A stretch of 64,000 bases of DNA from Nitrososphaeraceae archaeon (GTDB lineage Archaea > Thermoproteota > Nitrososphaeria > Nitrososphaerales > Nitrososphaeraceae). The notes below the pieces were generated by a model. That model saw nothing but the letters and a program-made list of their open reading frames with translations, searched no databases and was not told where the DNA came from. Below, in pieces: positions 32,905 through 42,993 of the stretch (position 1 is the first letter of the stretch; the number at the start of each line of letters is the position of its first letter). Location: contig DATFEP010000066.1 of assembly GCA_035250975.1 (NCBI GenBank), forward strand, positions 1 through 64,000, given 5' to 3'. Position numbers and translations under genes: made by a program.

Positions 32905-33219
32905 GCAAGTATCTTCAAAGATGAAGGTAATTAATATTTATGCAAAATTTCTTAGTTGAGGTGAAATTTACTCCGGGTCAGCCATTTGCTGAATTTTTCT
33001 CTATGATTTCTTTAAATTTCTCTAAATTGTACTATTGATAAAGAATATTAAATTCAAAATTCAGAATGAATCATAATTTGTCAGAATGAATCATAATTTG
33101 ACAATCAATTTTACCTTTGCCAAGTGAAAATGGTAAGAATTCTGTATTTAGTTTATCTTTTAAAGGTCGATAACAAATATTACGATAAAGAAATAAACTT
33201 GAAGTTCTAACTACTATAT

Positions 33220-33543
33220 ATGACAAGTTGTAAGGATTGCGATACTGAACTTCCTTTAAACTCAAAATTCTGTCTTAATTGCGGAACACAAATAGGAATA
33301 AAAAGAGATGTCTACCAAGTTTCAGGCGAAAATCTTATCGGAAAGGTTAAAGAGATGATGCAGGGTGCAAATGTTAGGAGAATTATAGTAAAGGATGAAA
33401 AGGGTAAGGTATTGGTTTCCATTCCAATTACTTGGGGTACAGCTGGTATCGTAGCAACAATTGCGTTGGCACCCTGGCTTGCTGCATTAGGGGTTATAGC
33501 AGGTGTTGTAACGAAATGCACAGTAGAGGTAGAAAAAGCCTAA
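33220..33543 (+). CDS. Zn-ribbon plus DUF4342-like protein
   Basis: CxxC...CxxCG; NVRRIIVK...IP.T.G...C.VEV. Confidence 0.8.
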   Translation: MTSCKDCDTELPLNSKFCLNCGTQIGIKRDVYQVSGENLIGKVKEMMQGANVRRIIVKDEKGKVLVSIPITWGTAGIVATIALAPWLAALGVIAGVVTKCTVEVEKA

Positions 33544-33703
33544 AATGTTAGGATAAAAGTTGAATTTCTTTTTAAAGATTAAATCAAAAAGAGACAGTAT
33601 TATTATCCTCAAATGATCCTATGATATATGTTTTTGGAGTTTATAAGCATTTAAATCATTATCATTATATTGTTGGGTAGTAGATGTATCAACGATATTT
33701 ATA

Positions 33704-34258
33704 TTGAATGGTGACGACAACGACAGTAGGATCAGAGAAATTATCAATAACAGTATCAGATATCTTGAAATTTATCTTAACAACTTAAATGATGGCCAAA
33801 AAATTCCACAAAGTTCCAAAAATATGGAAAATAATAGGAAATCACATATTAAAAAAAATAAAAAAAATGCAAAAAATATAAAAGATAAAAGTTATCGTAC
33901 TCATCAACATGCAATTCAGACTCCAAACACGCACAATCCAAGTAATAAAACAATATATGAACAAGAAATAACTTTAAATGAGAATGAATACAATATATGG
34001 AAAGCATACAGCTGGATTGAATATTCTATACTGCAGCTCAGATTAAAAAAATACAATTTAATGGATACTTATTCCACTGATAAGACCATTAGTAAAAAAA
34101 GGAATAGAAAGATTGTAGATAATAAAAAGTTGATTATCGAATTAAAGCAACACTTGCAAAATTTGGATTATGATAATCATGAATCTCTTTTAAATAATTT
34201 AAGAGAAATCAGAAATAATTTGATGATAATCGTAAAAAAAACAATCCTTAAAAGATAA
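33704..34258 (+). CDS. Hypothetical protein
   Basis: 184-aa ORF with WKAYSWIEYSIL segment and an Asn/Lys-rich insert. Confidence 0.6.
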   Translation: MNGDDNDSRIREIINNSIRYLEIYLNNLNDGQKIPQSSKNMENNRKSHIKKNKKNAKNIKDKSYRTHQHAIQTPNTHNPSNKTIYEQEITLNENEYNIWKAYSWIEYSILQLRLKKYNLMDTYSTDKTISKKRNRKIVDNKKLIIELKQHLQNLDYDNHESLLNNLREIRNNLMIIVKKTILKR

Positions 34259-34375
34259 ATTGGTATTGCTGTTTTTTAAGTTTATTATTAATTAGGCCGG
34301 GTCGTTATTCTTTTTCTGTAGATATCACGTATAGCTAGTTGAAGTATGTCTCAATTATTGAATAATTTTGTAGTC

Positions 34376-35377
34376 CTATTTTCTTCTATCTATCACAGCA
34401 TTTACGTCCGCACCGGTTCCAATTAGGACTATTTTAAGACCTAGTTCTGACTCGATGTTTTCAATAAAATTTCGTGCATTGATTGGAAGTTTTGTATATT
34501 CCGTGATTCCTGCAGTCTGAGGGTATAAAACATCCATTTTTGTTATAGCAAGACTAGTTGCACCATTGAGACGAATTGCTTTCTTTGCCATCTCGATGTT
34601 AAATGGTGACGACCTCCGTTCCCGTCCAGTAACGCTTCCAAATTCCAACCATCCTCGCTTGACAGACTCATCTCTGTCCAATTCATTTTCTAAGGGACCT
34701 GCACCTACCCTGGTAACATAAGATTTGAATACCACCAAGACGTCATCTACATTTTTTGGACCAATGCCCACATCTGCACATATAGATGATGCAGTTACAT
34801 CTTTTGATGTGACGAATGGATATCCACCGTGAAATAGTGAGAGAAAAGTTCCTTGTGTCCCTTCTATAAGAACATCTTCTTTTTTGTCCAAATGGAAATG
34901 AATCATAGAGCTAACATCAGAAATATAATCTTTTAATTCGGCCTGATCCTTGGCTAATGTTAATATTCGTAAAGCTCTGTCGGAATTTGCAGGTCCAGTA
35001 CCTGTACCAGTCGTTCCAATATTTTTCAAATGGTTTATAGAAATATCTTTTTGAATATGTTCTTTAGAAATTATACCGCAATTTCCATCAATAAAGATTC
35101 TTTTGTGTGCATTAAATGAAGTAATTTCTTGAATCAATACTTCCGGATTAACTAAAACCCCTGCACCTACCGCCAGTTTAGTCTTTGTGTTGAGGGCAGC
35201 ACTAGGCAGCATCCTAACTTTGAATGTCTTGTCACCCACTACAAAAGTATGACCAGCGTTGGGTCCGACTCCACCTCTTGCTGCAAGACTAGTATTATCC
35301 TTATTTACAATATGAGCTACAATCTTTCCTTTACCTTCGTCGCCAAAAAATCCGCCCACAACTACAGTACATCCCAT
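34376..35377 (-). CDS. purA: Adenylosuccinate synthetase (short archaeal type)
   Basis: FGDEGKGK, GPNAGHT, EGTQG, YPFVTS, TGRERR. Confidence 0.97.
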   Translation of the reverse strand: MGCTVVVGGFFGDEGKGKIVAHIVNKDNTSLAARGGVGPNAGHTFVVGDKTFKVRMLPSAALNTKTKLAVGAGVLVNPEVLIQEITSFNAHKRIFIDGNCGIISKEHIQKDISINHLKNIGTTGTGTGPANSDRALRILTLAKDQAELKDYISDVSSMIHFHLDKKEDVLIEGTQGTFLSLFHGGYPFVTSKDVTASSICADVGIGPKNVDDVLVVFKSYVTRVGAGPLENELDRDESVKRGWLEFGSVTGRERRSSPFNIEMAKKAIRLNGATSLAITKMDVLYPQTAGITEYTKLPINARNFIENIESELGLKIVLIGTGADVNAVIDRRK

Positions 35378-35515
35378 AAAAGATAGTAAAAATCATCTAT
35401 ATTTATTTCATGATTTAAAGCACAGAAGATATATTTTTAGTACGATGCAGGCTTTTTGAAAACAAAAACCCTTAAAAGGAATTACATATATTAGCAAAAC
35501 CAGTTAATATTTTTA

Positions 35516-35977
35516 GTGTCTGCAACTCCCCAAACAACTGAAAATGTTATAGAGATTCTAGCTAATCTACAAGTTTTTTTACGAAAACCGATAATAAAAA
35601 ATAAACTTTTAGATTTTTATAAATTAGAAAAAATTGATCAGATCGAAATAATTAATTTAGTATTGGAATCCATACCAAATGTAGATGTCAATACTTTTCA
35701 AGAATTAATTACATCGTGGTTTGAAGTTGTCTCAAAGTTTGATAATAAAAAAATTACCTATATCATGCAGATCTATCTTGAAGAAATAGTCAAAAGATCT
35801 GATCTGATTTCTAAATTAATTCCGCCTGTAATTAAAGCAATAAAGAATATGAAGGAAGATGAAAAAGAAATACTAAGAATTTGCTTCTTGGAAACATTAT
35901 TTACTATTAATTTTCGAAAAGAGATTATTAAAAACCTTGATAATTCATCACTTGATTTATTGAAGATTGCAAAATAA
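35516..35977 (+). CDS. Hypothetical helical protein
   Basis: 153-aa ORF divergent from purA. Confidence 0.65.
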   Translation: MSATPQTTENVIEILANLQVFLRKPIIKNKLLDFYKLEKIDQIEIINLVLESIPNVDVNTFQELITSWFEVVSKFDNKKITYIMQIYLEEIVKRSDLISKLIPPVIKAIKNMKEDEKEILRICFLETLFTINFRKEIIKNLDNSSLDLLKIAK

Positions 35978-36049
35978 ACATTCTAAATTAACTGACTGCT
36001 AAATATCAAATATATATAAATTTTTTAAAAAAAAGGTGAGAAAGGTTGT

Positions 36050-36415
36050 CTATGGTTGAAGCAGTTTTATTGCTTCATTGGCATGCATTAATGCAGAATC
36101 TTTGTTTCCCTCTTTTGCCATTTTAATAGCCGCTTCTACCCGCTTTTCTGCAGTTTTATCTGGCATATCCTCCATCAAGCCCTCAACTTGAATAAGGAGT
36201 TTCTTTGCCTTATTTGTATCATCATTATTTATTGCTGCAATCGCATCTTGTATTAAATTAATTTCTTCAGAAAATGTTCCCGTTTGAGACACATCAACTG
36301 AATTGGTAGTGTTCTCATTTTGGGAGAATGAAGGTACAGTATTGTTTGCTGATAACAAAAATGCAAATGCTAATACTGTTGCACTCATTCCTGATAAAAT
36401 CTTTTTTGTATCCAT
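36050..36415 (-). CDS. Secreted hypothetical protein
   Basis: Signal-peptide-like N-terminus, helical repeat body. Confidence 0.7.
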   Translation of the reverse strand: MDTKKILSGMSATVLAFAFLLSANNTVPSFSQNENTTNSVDVSQTGTFSEEINLIQDAIAAINNDDTNKAKKLLIQVEGLMEDMPDKTAEKRVEAAIKMAKEGNKDSALMHANEAIKLLQP

Positions 36416-36617
36416 AAAAAAGAGTACAGATAATCGATATATATAGATTTCTCATTTCTTAAATTATTGTTACCATATTATCAATATTTAATAACATATT
36501 AGAATAATTATTAATGACATTATATTTTTTACAGTTAGAAAATAAAATAACGATAAAAAATGATCCTGGAGCTCTATCTTTGTTACAATGTTGTCTTGAT
36601 AGAAGACACATCGTAAG

Positions 36618-37070
36618 CTATTTTTTAGCTTTGATATCCACCAGTTTCCTTTCCTTACCTCTCTGTATAGAACAAATCAGATAAATGGACAATGCTGATA
36701 TCAATACCTGCAAAATCTTACTTGCAATATCCATTTTTCCAATATAGTACTCTATTCCTATTGGAGGAACGCCAACGGTTCGTGAAGCAATATAAATTCC
36801 TATCAGAGTGATCGAACCCGCTGTCAAAACTATATATGGTAATACTGACGAAAGTTTTTTCTTTATCATCCAAATCACAGTAAGCATATAACCTACTCCA
36901 GTAGTCAAGAACAATGTCATCTCAATCTGCTTTTCCTGTATTTCACCCAGTACTCCAGCATCAATAAAATCGATCAAGTCCGAGTACTCCCCAGAAGCCA
37001 CATAAAAATACACGACAGCAGTAGATACTACTATTCCAGCAAGAAGATAAACTAGTAATTTTGAAAGCAC
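36618..37070 (-). CDS. Integral membrane protein (about 4 TM)
   Basis: Hydrophobic segments, SRTVGVP...D..SK.LQ motif. Confidence 0.75.
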   Translation of the reverse strand: MLSKLLVYLLAGIVVSTAVVYFYVASGEYSDLIDFIDAGVLGEIQEKQIEMTLFLTTGVGYMLTVIWMIKKKLSSVLPYIVLTAGSITLIGIYIASRTVGVPPIGIEYYIGKMDIASKILQVLISALSIYLICSIQRGKERKLVDIKAKK

Positions 37071-38437
37071 GTTAGTATTTTCTTAATATATTATAATAAC
37101 ACTGAAGTAACAAAGTTAAGAATACATAGAACTTTGTTATATGGTTCTGGTAAGAGAAACTTATTTTCTATAATTTTGTTATATAAAACATAAATATAAC
37201 AATAAATTTTTTTGAAAAAATTTTTCACATAACTATAGTAATTAACAATTACTGTTACAATCAATATATTTTTCGTATATTCCGATCTTTGTTATTTTTG
37301 GAAACTTTATTAGTATATAATTTTGCAACTTATTATTTTTCAAAAATATAGATTTATTACAATAAGGTAAATTTACAAATTTCCGTCAAATTCTCATAAC
37401 CAAAAATACTCGATTTTGAAGGAAAAATTGGCGTGATTCATTTGGTATTTACAAATATCACATGACAACGAAGAAGCGTATAATTATAATTTTCTATGAT
37501 GGACATAAACGAACACAGCAGTTGAGGATAGCTAGATTAGCAGTAGGATTACCAATTGGATTGTAAAGAGACACGTAGACAATAAATATATTATTTTGTT
37601 AAAAACTAACCCTATGAATTTGAAAGTCTTTGTATATTTCTATCCGTGTTCATATAAATATCCTATGTTCCCAGAAACATTTGATTGCATATTCAACACT
37701 TTTATCATATCAAGTCTATCGTACATAACTTAGATTGGGTTTTTTCATCTTATTTCCGTATTCCTATTATATTTTTCATACTATTATTTGCGTCTTAATA
37801 ACATAATACTCGAACTTTCTATTTTACACATTACTTAAACTTTATGAGCTCACTATTATATCTGTTAGTCATATTTATCCAAAATCCTTTCTACTTTTGA
37901 TTCCTTTATTACAATATTTTTAAAAATTTATTTTTGCACCTAGTATTATTGATAACCTGTTATCTTATCAGTACAGACTAATTTTTTAGACTCCTTCTTT
38001 TCGAATTTATTTCAGGTAATATATGTCTTTTATGACTAACTTTAATGAGAAATGAAATAATATTTTTGGCATTGCACCATTGTTTTTATTAATAAATTCC
38101 TGTAATATCTTATAGAAAAGAGATCATTGATGACCATAGAAACAGGTGCAAATTATATCTCAGTACTTCTCTTCGAATCACGCTGTTTTTGTTTCAATAT
38201 TCTATTCTTGGAACAATAATTATTTGTGACCCAGTATGTTAGTACAAGTGTTTTTTTCCCATATGCAAACATGAGGAGAGTATAGAAAGTCATAAAACAT
38301 GATGATCTATCGTCCTAATGTAGATTTTCGATTATTTTATTTAATATCATATAAACCTTCTCTTATTTTTTAAAATTTTAGGGTCAAATAGATGTATATA
38401 TATGTCAGTGTGAACAATATTGCTCTAGCTTTATTAA

Positions 38438-38746
38438 TTGGGAAAACCGAAAAGATTCTCCGCTGAATACACAATGCTCACAATATTGGAGTATTTATGC
38501 CTAAATTCCAAAAATACTCCGGTTAGTAAATACCACATAATGACCAAAATTCAAGAAATAAAACAACAGCGGCCAGACAGGATATCTATGCTTTTAAATA
38601 AATTAGAACAAAATGGTTATGTTTCCTCAATAGAAACGTCAAATGCGAGATTTTATACAATAACCCAGAAAGGAATATCTGAATATTTGAAGTGGGTTAA
38701 GGATTTTCTCTTGTTTGTAAGAACTAACAATCAAATGATTAGTTGA
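38438..38746 (+). CDS. Winged-helix transcriptional regulator
   Basis: ISMLLNKLEQNGYV...YTITQKG. Confidence 0.8.
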   Translation: MGKPKRFSAEYTMLTILEYLCLNSKNTPVSKYHIMTKIQEIKQQRPDRISMLLNKLEQNGYVSSIETSNARFYTITQKGISEYLKWVKDFLLFVRTNNQMIS

Positions 38747-38762
38747 AAGATTCTTGAGGCAG

Positions 38763-39542
38763 TTAAATTACAATAGTAGGTTTTTCAACTAAGATAATTT
38801 TCTTGACAACGTCATCAGTCGATAAGTGAACAAAATCATACACATCGCTAGAAATCTGTTCTGAAACGATTAAGGCAAGACCAATTTTATTTTTATAAGA
38901 ATATTCCTTTAGCGCCTTCGTAAAAGAATTGAGGATTTTGGTATCAACCAAATCATTATAAATATTAATAATTATTGCACCGTATTCTTGCATGGAACGA
39001 GAAAGCTCGTTATCGTTTTTTACGGTTGTATTATCTACCAAGATATTAATTACATTTCCACCAAAATTGACGTCGAAGAATTCATCATGTACAGGTCTTG
39101 TTTCCAAGTAATTTTGCAGAGGGTCGTTTATTGGTTCAAGAATTGATGATACAGCAGATAAAACTTCATCCTTGTTTCTGTTAGAAATCATCATTTTAAT
39201 TTCCACAGTTAATGAATTTTTTTCGAAAAGATCGGCCCATTTTTCTAATACCCGCTCAAATTTAAATAGAGGTCTAAGAACGATTGTTAAAATGACAAGC
39301 ATGATTAAAGATAAAGAAATAATTAACATATCAATAGATTTATCGCCGACAATCAATTTTAATCCCATATCAGCCGACAAATCTAGAACAGTTAATGAGA
39401 TTAATCCAATAATAATTGCGATAAGATATGGAAATTTTTTCGTAATGGATTTTATAAAGATTGACGCTTCATGCCCGTATCTCGTTGGCAAGGTAGGAGA
39501 GTCCGAATCGAAATACCGTGAATTACCACTTGTATTTACCAT
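38763..39542 (-). CDS. Membrane-anchored hypothetical protein (2 TM plus soluble alpha/beta domain)
   Basis: 259-aa ORF with two hydrophobic helices. Confidence 0.7.
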   Translation of the reverse strand: MVNTSGNSRYFDSDSPTLPTRYGHEASIFIKSITKKFPYLIAIIIGLISLTVLDLSADMGLKLIVGDKSIDMLIISLSLIMLVILTIVLRPLFKFERVLEKWADLFEKNSLTVEIKMMISNRNKDEVLSAVSSILEPINDPLQNYLETRPVHDEFFDVNFGGNVINILVDNTTVKNDNELSRSMQEYGAIIINIYNDLVDTKILNSFTKALKEYSYKNKIGLALIVSEQISSDVYDFVHLSTDDVVKKIILVEKPTIVI

Positions 39543-39699
39543 ATTTTTCTTAATACTTTTTTATGTATTTTTAACTATATAAGCAGTAATAGAACTATTT
39601 TACTGTAGTACAGGTAAAATAATTATTTTTTGGCTTTGCTAAGTTAAACCTCTTGATCTCTGTTAGATTCAAAATTAGAATAATTATTACCGCTTATAG

Positions 39700-39935
39700 A
39701 GCCATCATACATACAATGAAAGGTTTGTACCCGCTTATCTACATATAATAGGATGATTTAATTTGCACACATGGATGGTCCTTAACAAGATTTTCTATTC
39801 TATCACCGAAATGTTGATTAATTTTTTCCATCTGACATTTCCTTACAGGAGAATATAGATAGTGTTTAAATCAAAAAATATTGCATGCTCGATCATATAC
39901 CATGTACTGCCTTTTGTAGCTGTATGTTTAGAACG
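39700..39935 (-). mobile_element. Degenerate relic of a DDE (IS6/IS240-like) transposase C-terminus
   Basis: Broken-frame translation KH...GSTWY / DRACNIF*FKHYLYSPVRKCQMEKINQHFGDRIENLVKDHPC...MYD. Confidence 0.55.
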
Positions 39936-40132
39936 TTTTCTCCTAAAGTAAAGGTCCAAAATATAAAATTAAATTTAAAAACTAAATTGTGACTGTAAAA
40001 AGAGACTGTCTTATTAAACAGTCAATAATATACAACAAAAGATAGTAAAAAAACATCAACTTTCTATTATAGGTATATTTCAAGAATACCAAAAATTACT
40101 AACCATTATAAATGTTAAAAGATAACCACATA

Positions 40133-40381
40133 TCACGGGTTATCTGGGTTCTTTTGTATTTCTTCTCCCTGTTCTAGACCAAAGAATATCTTCTCGTGTT
40201 TTTTCAGCGCTTTTCTATGCTCTGCTAGTGACATATCTAATCTCATTTCATTTATAACCATAACTGCATAAGTTGTCCACTCCTTCCAACATTCAAGGCA
40301 CGATGCATATTTTTGTGCCCCTGGGTCATTGACTAAATTTTCGTCAAAAGTTTTTTTACATTTAGAACATGTCTTAGCCAT
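40133..40381 (-). CDS. Fe(II)-trafficking / oxidative damage protection protein (YggX-like)
   Basis: CLECWKEW....M.INE.RLD....R..L pattern. Confidence 0.8.
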   Translation of the reverse strand: MAKTCSKCKKTFDENLVNDPGAQKYASCLECWKEWTTYAVMVINEMRLDMSLAEHRKALKKHEKIFFGLEQGEEIQKNPDNP

Positions 40382-40398
40382 TTGATTTTAAATATATA

Positions 40399-40466
40399 AA
40401 TTAGACTATATTTTATTCTTCTGGATTTCCATAATTAGACTATATTTTATTCTTCTGGATTTCCAT
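40399..40466. repeat. Perfect 34-bp tandem duplication (AATTAGACTATATTTTATTCTTCTGGATTTCCAT x2)
   Basis: Copies at 40399-40432 and 40433-40466. Confidence 0.95.
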
Positions 40467-40492
40467 ATATTTTGATTCTTATCTATGATGTG

Positions 40493-40708
40493 TTATTTCT
40501 TTTTCATAACGTTGTACGAATGAGATTTTTTTATATGATCTCGCATTTGTTCCATCCCATCAAAACTCAGATTGCATTTGTTGCATGTATATGATCTACC
40601 GGTTCCATGAATTACCTGTTGGTGTTGCATAGATTCTTCTATCTTTCTAAATTTTTTTTTACATATTTTACACTCATATCTCTTGAAAACTTTTTCAAAA
40701 AAAATCAA
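40493..40708 (-). CDS. Double C2H2 zinc-finger protein
   Basis: CKICKKKF......HQQVIH and CNKCNLSF......HIKKSH. Confidence 0.85.
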   Translation of the reverse strand: MIFFEKVFKRYECKICKKKFRKIEESMQHQQVIHGTGRSYTCNKCNLSFDGMEQMRDHIKKSHSYNVMKKK

Positions 40709-40947
40709 TAGTTAAGTAGTGCTTGAAAAAATATAAAAACATTTGGTCTGAAGAGTAATATAGCTGGAAAAGGGTCTGTTGATTTAAGATTATATGAAAT
40801 TGAGTTATCCTTCCTATCTGCCTCAGCCGTAACTGCAGATATAGTTCCGATACTCACCTTCATTAATTTGTGGATTTCAAAAGTCGAAAGCCCTTCTAAA
40901 TATTTTGTAATAATTTCTGATTTTATTGATTCGGGAAAATGTCTCAC
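40705..40947 (-). pseudogene. Truncated N-terminal HTH of an HTH/coiled-coil family gene
   Basis: IKSEIITKYLEGLS..EI....VSIGTIS parallels the N-terminus of 55028-55267; similarity is lost after about 45 aa. Confidence 0.55.
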
Positions 40948-41248
40948 TTAAAAGAAGAATAGGAATTTATTTAAAATATTTACTATCTATTTAATAAATT
41001 TGAATTTAAAATCTATTAAATTCTAATATTCAAGATGATTTACACTAAATTTTAATTTTTTTTATATTAATTCTTCGAATAAACATATCTATTACTTTTT
41101 TTTGGACGAACTAGCTTAGTAAACATATATCCGTGAAAATTTCTAGTGATAACGTCAGGATAAATTTAAAAACGTAAATAGCATATATCAATTTCTTCTT
41201 CTGGTATTGCCATAGTGATATATCGATATGTGCACAAAATCGCTGTTT

Positions 41249-41370
41249 TGAAAGGTACTTGAAAGAAATTTGAAAATTATATGAAAGCTAAAAATACTTA
41301 ATTGAAAAGCTCATCAAATGTGTTTGAAAATTTTCAATAAAAAAGACACCCTTTTGAAAATAACCTGAAA
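41249..41370 (+). repeat. Phased array of TGAAA pentamers
   Basis: TGAAA at 41249, 41260, 41271, 41282, 41303, 41325, 41355, 41366; variant TCAAA at 41314. Confidence 0.7.
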
Positions 41371-41763
41371 ACCACTTATTATTTTGTAAACATTATTATC
41401 CAGTCATTATCTTTTAATCTCTTTTAGAATGCAGATAAAATAAAAGATTTGTATTATAACATTTGTACCAGTCAAATGTTAAACCAATCGATGATATTTG
41501 ATCAAATTAGACAAATGAAATGCAAAGGGATGATTATTTAGTATTTATAGATCAGGTATAAACCGGTCAAAATGGTTACAGTCAAATACCACAAAAAAAC
41601 TAATGATGAGGTTAAACGAACACTCCTGCCAAAAATTAATCTCAGTTAAGTAATTATGCTGTTATCCAATTGTACGAATAAAAATATAATTTCTTGCACA
41701 TTAAATAACTATCAGCTATCTTTAACCTATTCTAAAAACATAAAAAATTAAAATAAAAAGTAC

Positions 41764-41937
41764 TTAACTTTTTGATTTGAATGCTAACTTTTCAATGGCT
41801 TGACTATAATTAGTCATTCCCATTTTCTTTGCATATTCTTCAATAATTAATAATTCATCTGGTTTAAAGCATATAGGCATACTTCTCTTCTGACTCATAC
41901 GGTAAGAGACGGGTCTGTACTTTTTATGTGTTTCCAA
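41764..41937 (-). CDS. 57-aa ribbon-helix-helix-like microprotein
   Basis: METHKKYRPVSYRMSQKRSMPICFKPDELLIIEEYAKKMGMTNYSQAIEKLAFKSKS (TTG start); strand-helix-Gly-helix pattern; below ORF-track cutoff. Confidence 0.7.
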   Translation of the reverse strand: METHKKYRPVSYRMSQKRSMPICFKPDELLIIEEYAKKMGMTNYSQAIEKLAFKSKS

Positions 41938-41991
41938 AAATTTTATGCATTTTCAATTATAAATATTATAAATTAAATTAAAATAAGATAT

Positions 41992-42384
41992 TTATCCTTT
42001 AGCTCTCACTATCTTGACTCTATCAAGAACCTTCCAGTATTCAATTTCTCCTCCTTGAACAATCTTATCTCTTACCTCTTCCTCGACCGAAGAAGTTTCA
42101 AATACCTCAAACGTTTCCAGATCCATTATTTGTAATGAAGAACCTGTTATAGAAACTATTTGACCACTTCGTTTGTCTATCAATGGAACTTCCACATTAG
42201 CAGAAACAGGTGAAACCATGCTATGCTTGGATCCGTCAAAAACACCTATTGCTGAGACTCGAGCTTTTGCAGATCCATGTTTTCCCGGTTTGCTATGATC
42301 ATAAGAAACTATTCTACAAGGTTCATTATCAATAATAATGTAGGATCCAACTTTTAAACTTCCAAGATCCATTGGTTTACTCAT
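41992..42384 (-). CDS. eif5a: Translation factor aIF-5A
   Basis: SKPGKHGSAK hypusine motif. Confidence 0.97.
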   Translation of the reverse strand: MSKPMDLGSLKVGSYIIIDNEPCRIVSYDHSKPGKHGSAKARVSAIGVFDGSKHSMVSPVSANVEVPLIDKRSGQIVSITGSSLQIMDLETFEVFETSSVEEEVRDKIVQGGEIEYWKVLDRVKIVRAKG

Positions 42385-42993
42385 AATTACTCAAAGAGAA
42401 AACATTTTGGTATATAATATTTCTGTTTCATCTTGAATATTCTAAGCGAATTATCACTCTTTGACACTAGTTCTATATAAACTGGGAAATATCACCAGTC
42501 ATCAACCGAGTAGAAGATACATAAAACGAGAAAATTCTAACGTAGTCCGTTGATTACTTAATACGTTAAGATAATTGATACCAACAAAACTACCAATACA
42601 CAATAAGATAAAAAGATAGAAAATGAATAAGATATAGCAGAACATAAACAAAATATGCTAAAAAAATAAACAAATGGCTTTTAATATTTAAAATAACAAG
42701 AACAGTATTATGAATAATACGTGCTGCTACGGCTGTAATACACCCATATACTGGCATACTGTCCGAGGAGAATATTGGGAGCTATACACAAACAAGAAAC
42801 ATAAATGTCCCTTTCTGCAGAAACAACAACTACAAGAAATAAAATAAGGAAAATATTATTATAATCCTCTTGCGGAGATATTATTGTTATAGCTATATTA
42901 TTATGGAATTATTAGTATTATGAAATATTTAATTAAGTAATTTCTGCTTCAATCACTTCTACCTATTAGCATGTTTAAGGCTAGGAAAAATAT

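Noticed and set aside
37470-37660. Possible third transposase relic on the plus strand (FYDG..., ES...YPC)
   Set aside because: Similarity is too weak and fragmentary to call by eye.
40399-40466. CRISPR mini-array
   Set aside because: The two 34-bp copies are directly adjacent with no spacer, and no cas genes are present.
41603-41650. C/D box sRNA (ATGATGA box C; similar at about 38300 and 29627)
   Set aside because: No suitably spaced CTGA D box.
41000-41760. Replication origin
   Set aside because: No cdc6/orc1 nearby and no recognisable ORB elements with G-strings.
42480-42900. Possible decayed membrane-protein gene on the minus strand; small ACTGG/CCAGT hairpin at 42481
   Set aside because: Only short T-rich frames without a recognisable motif; cannot be supported.
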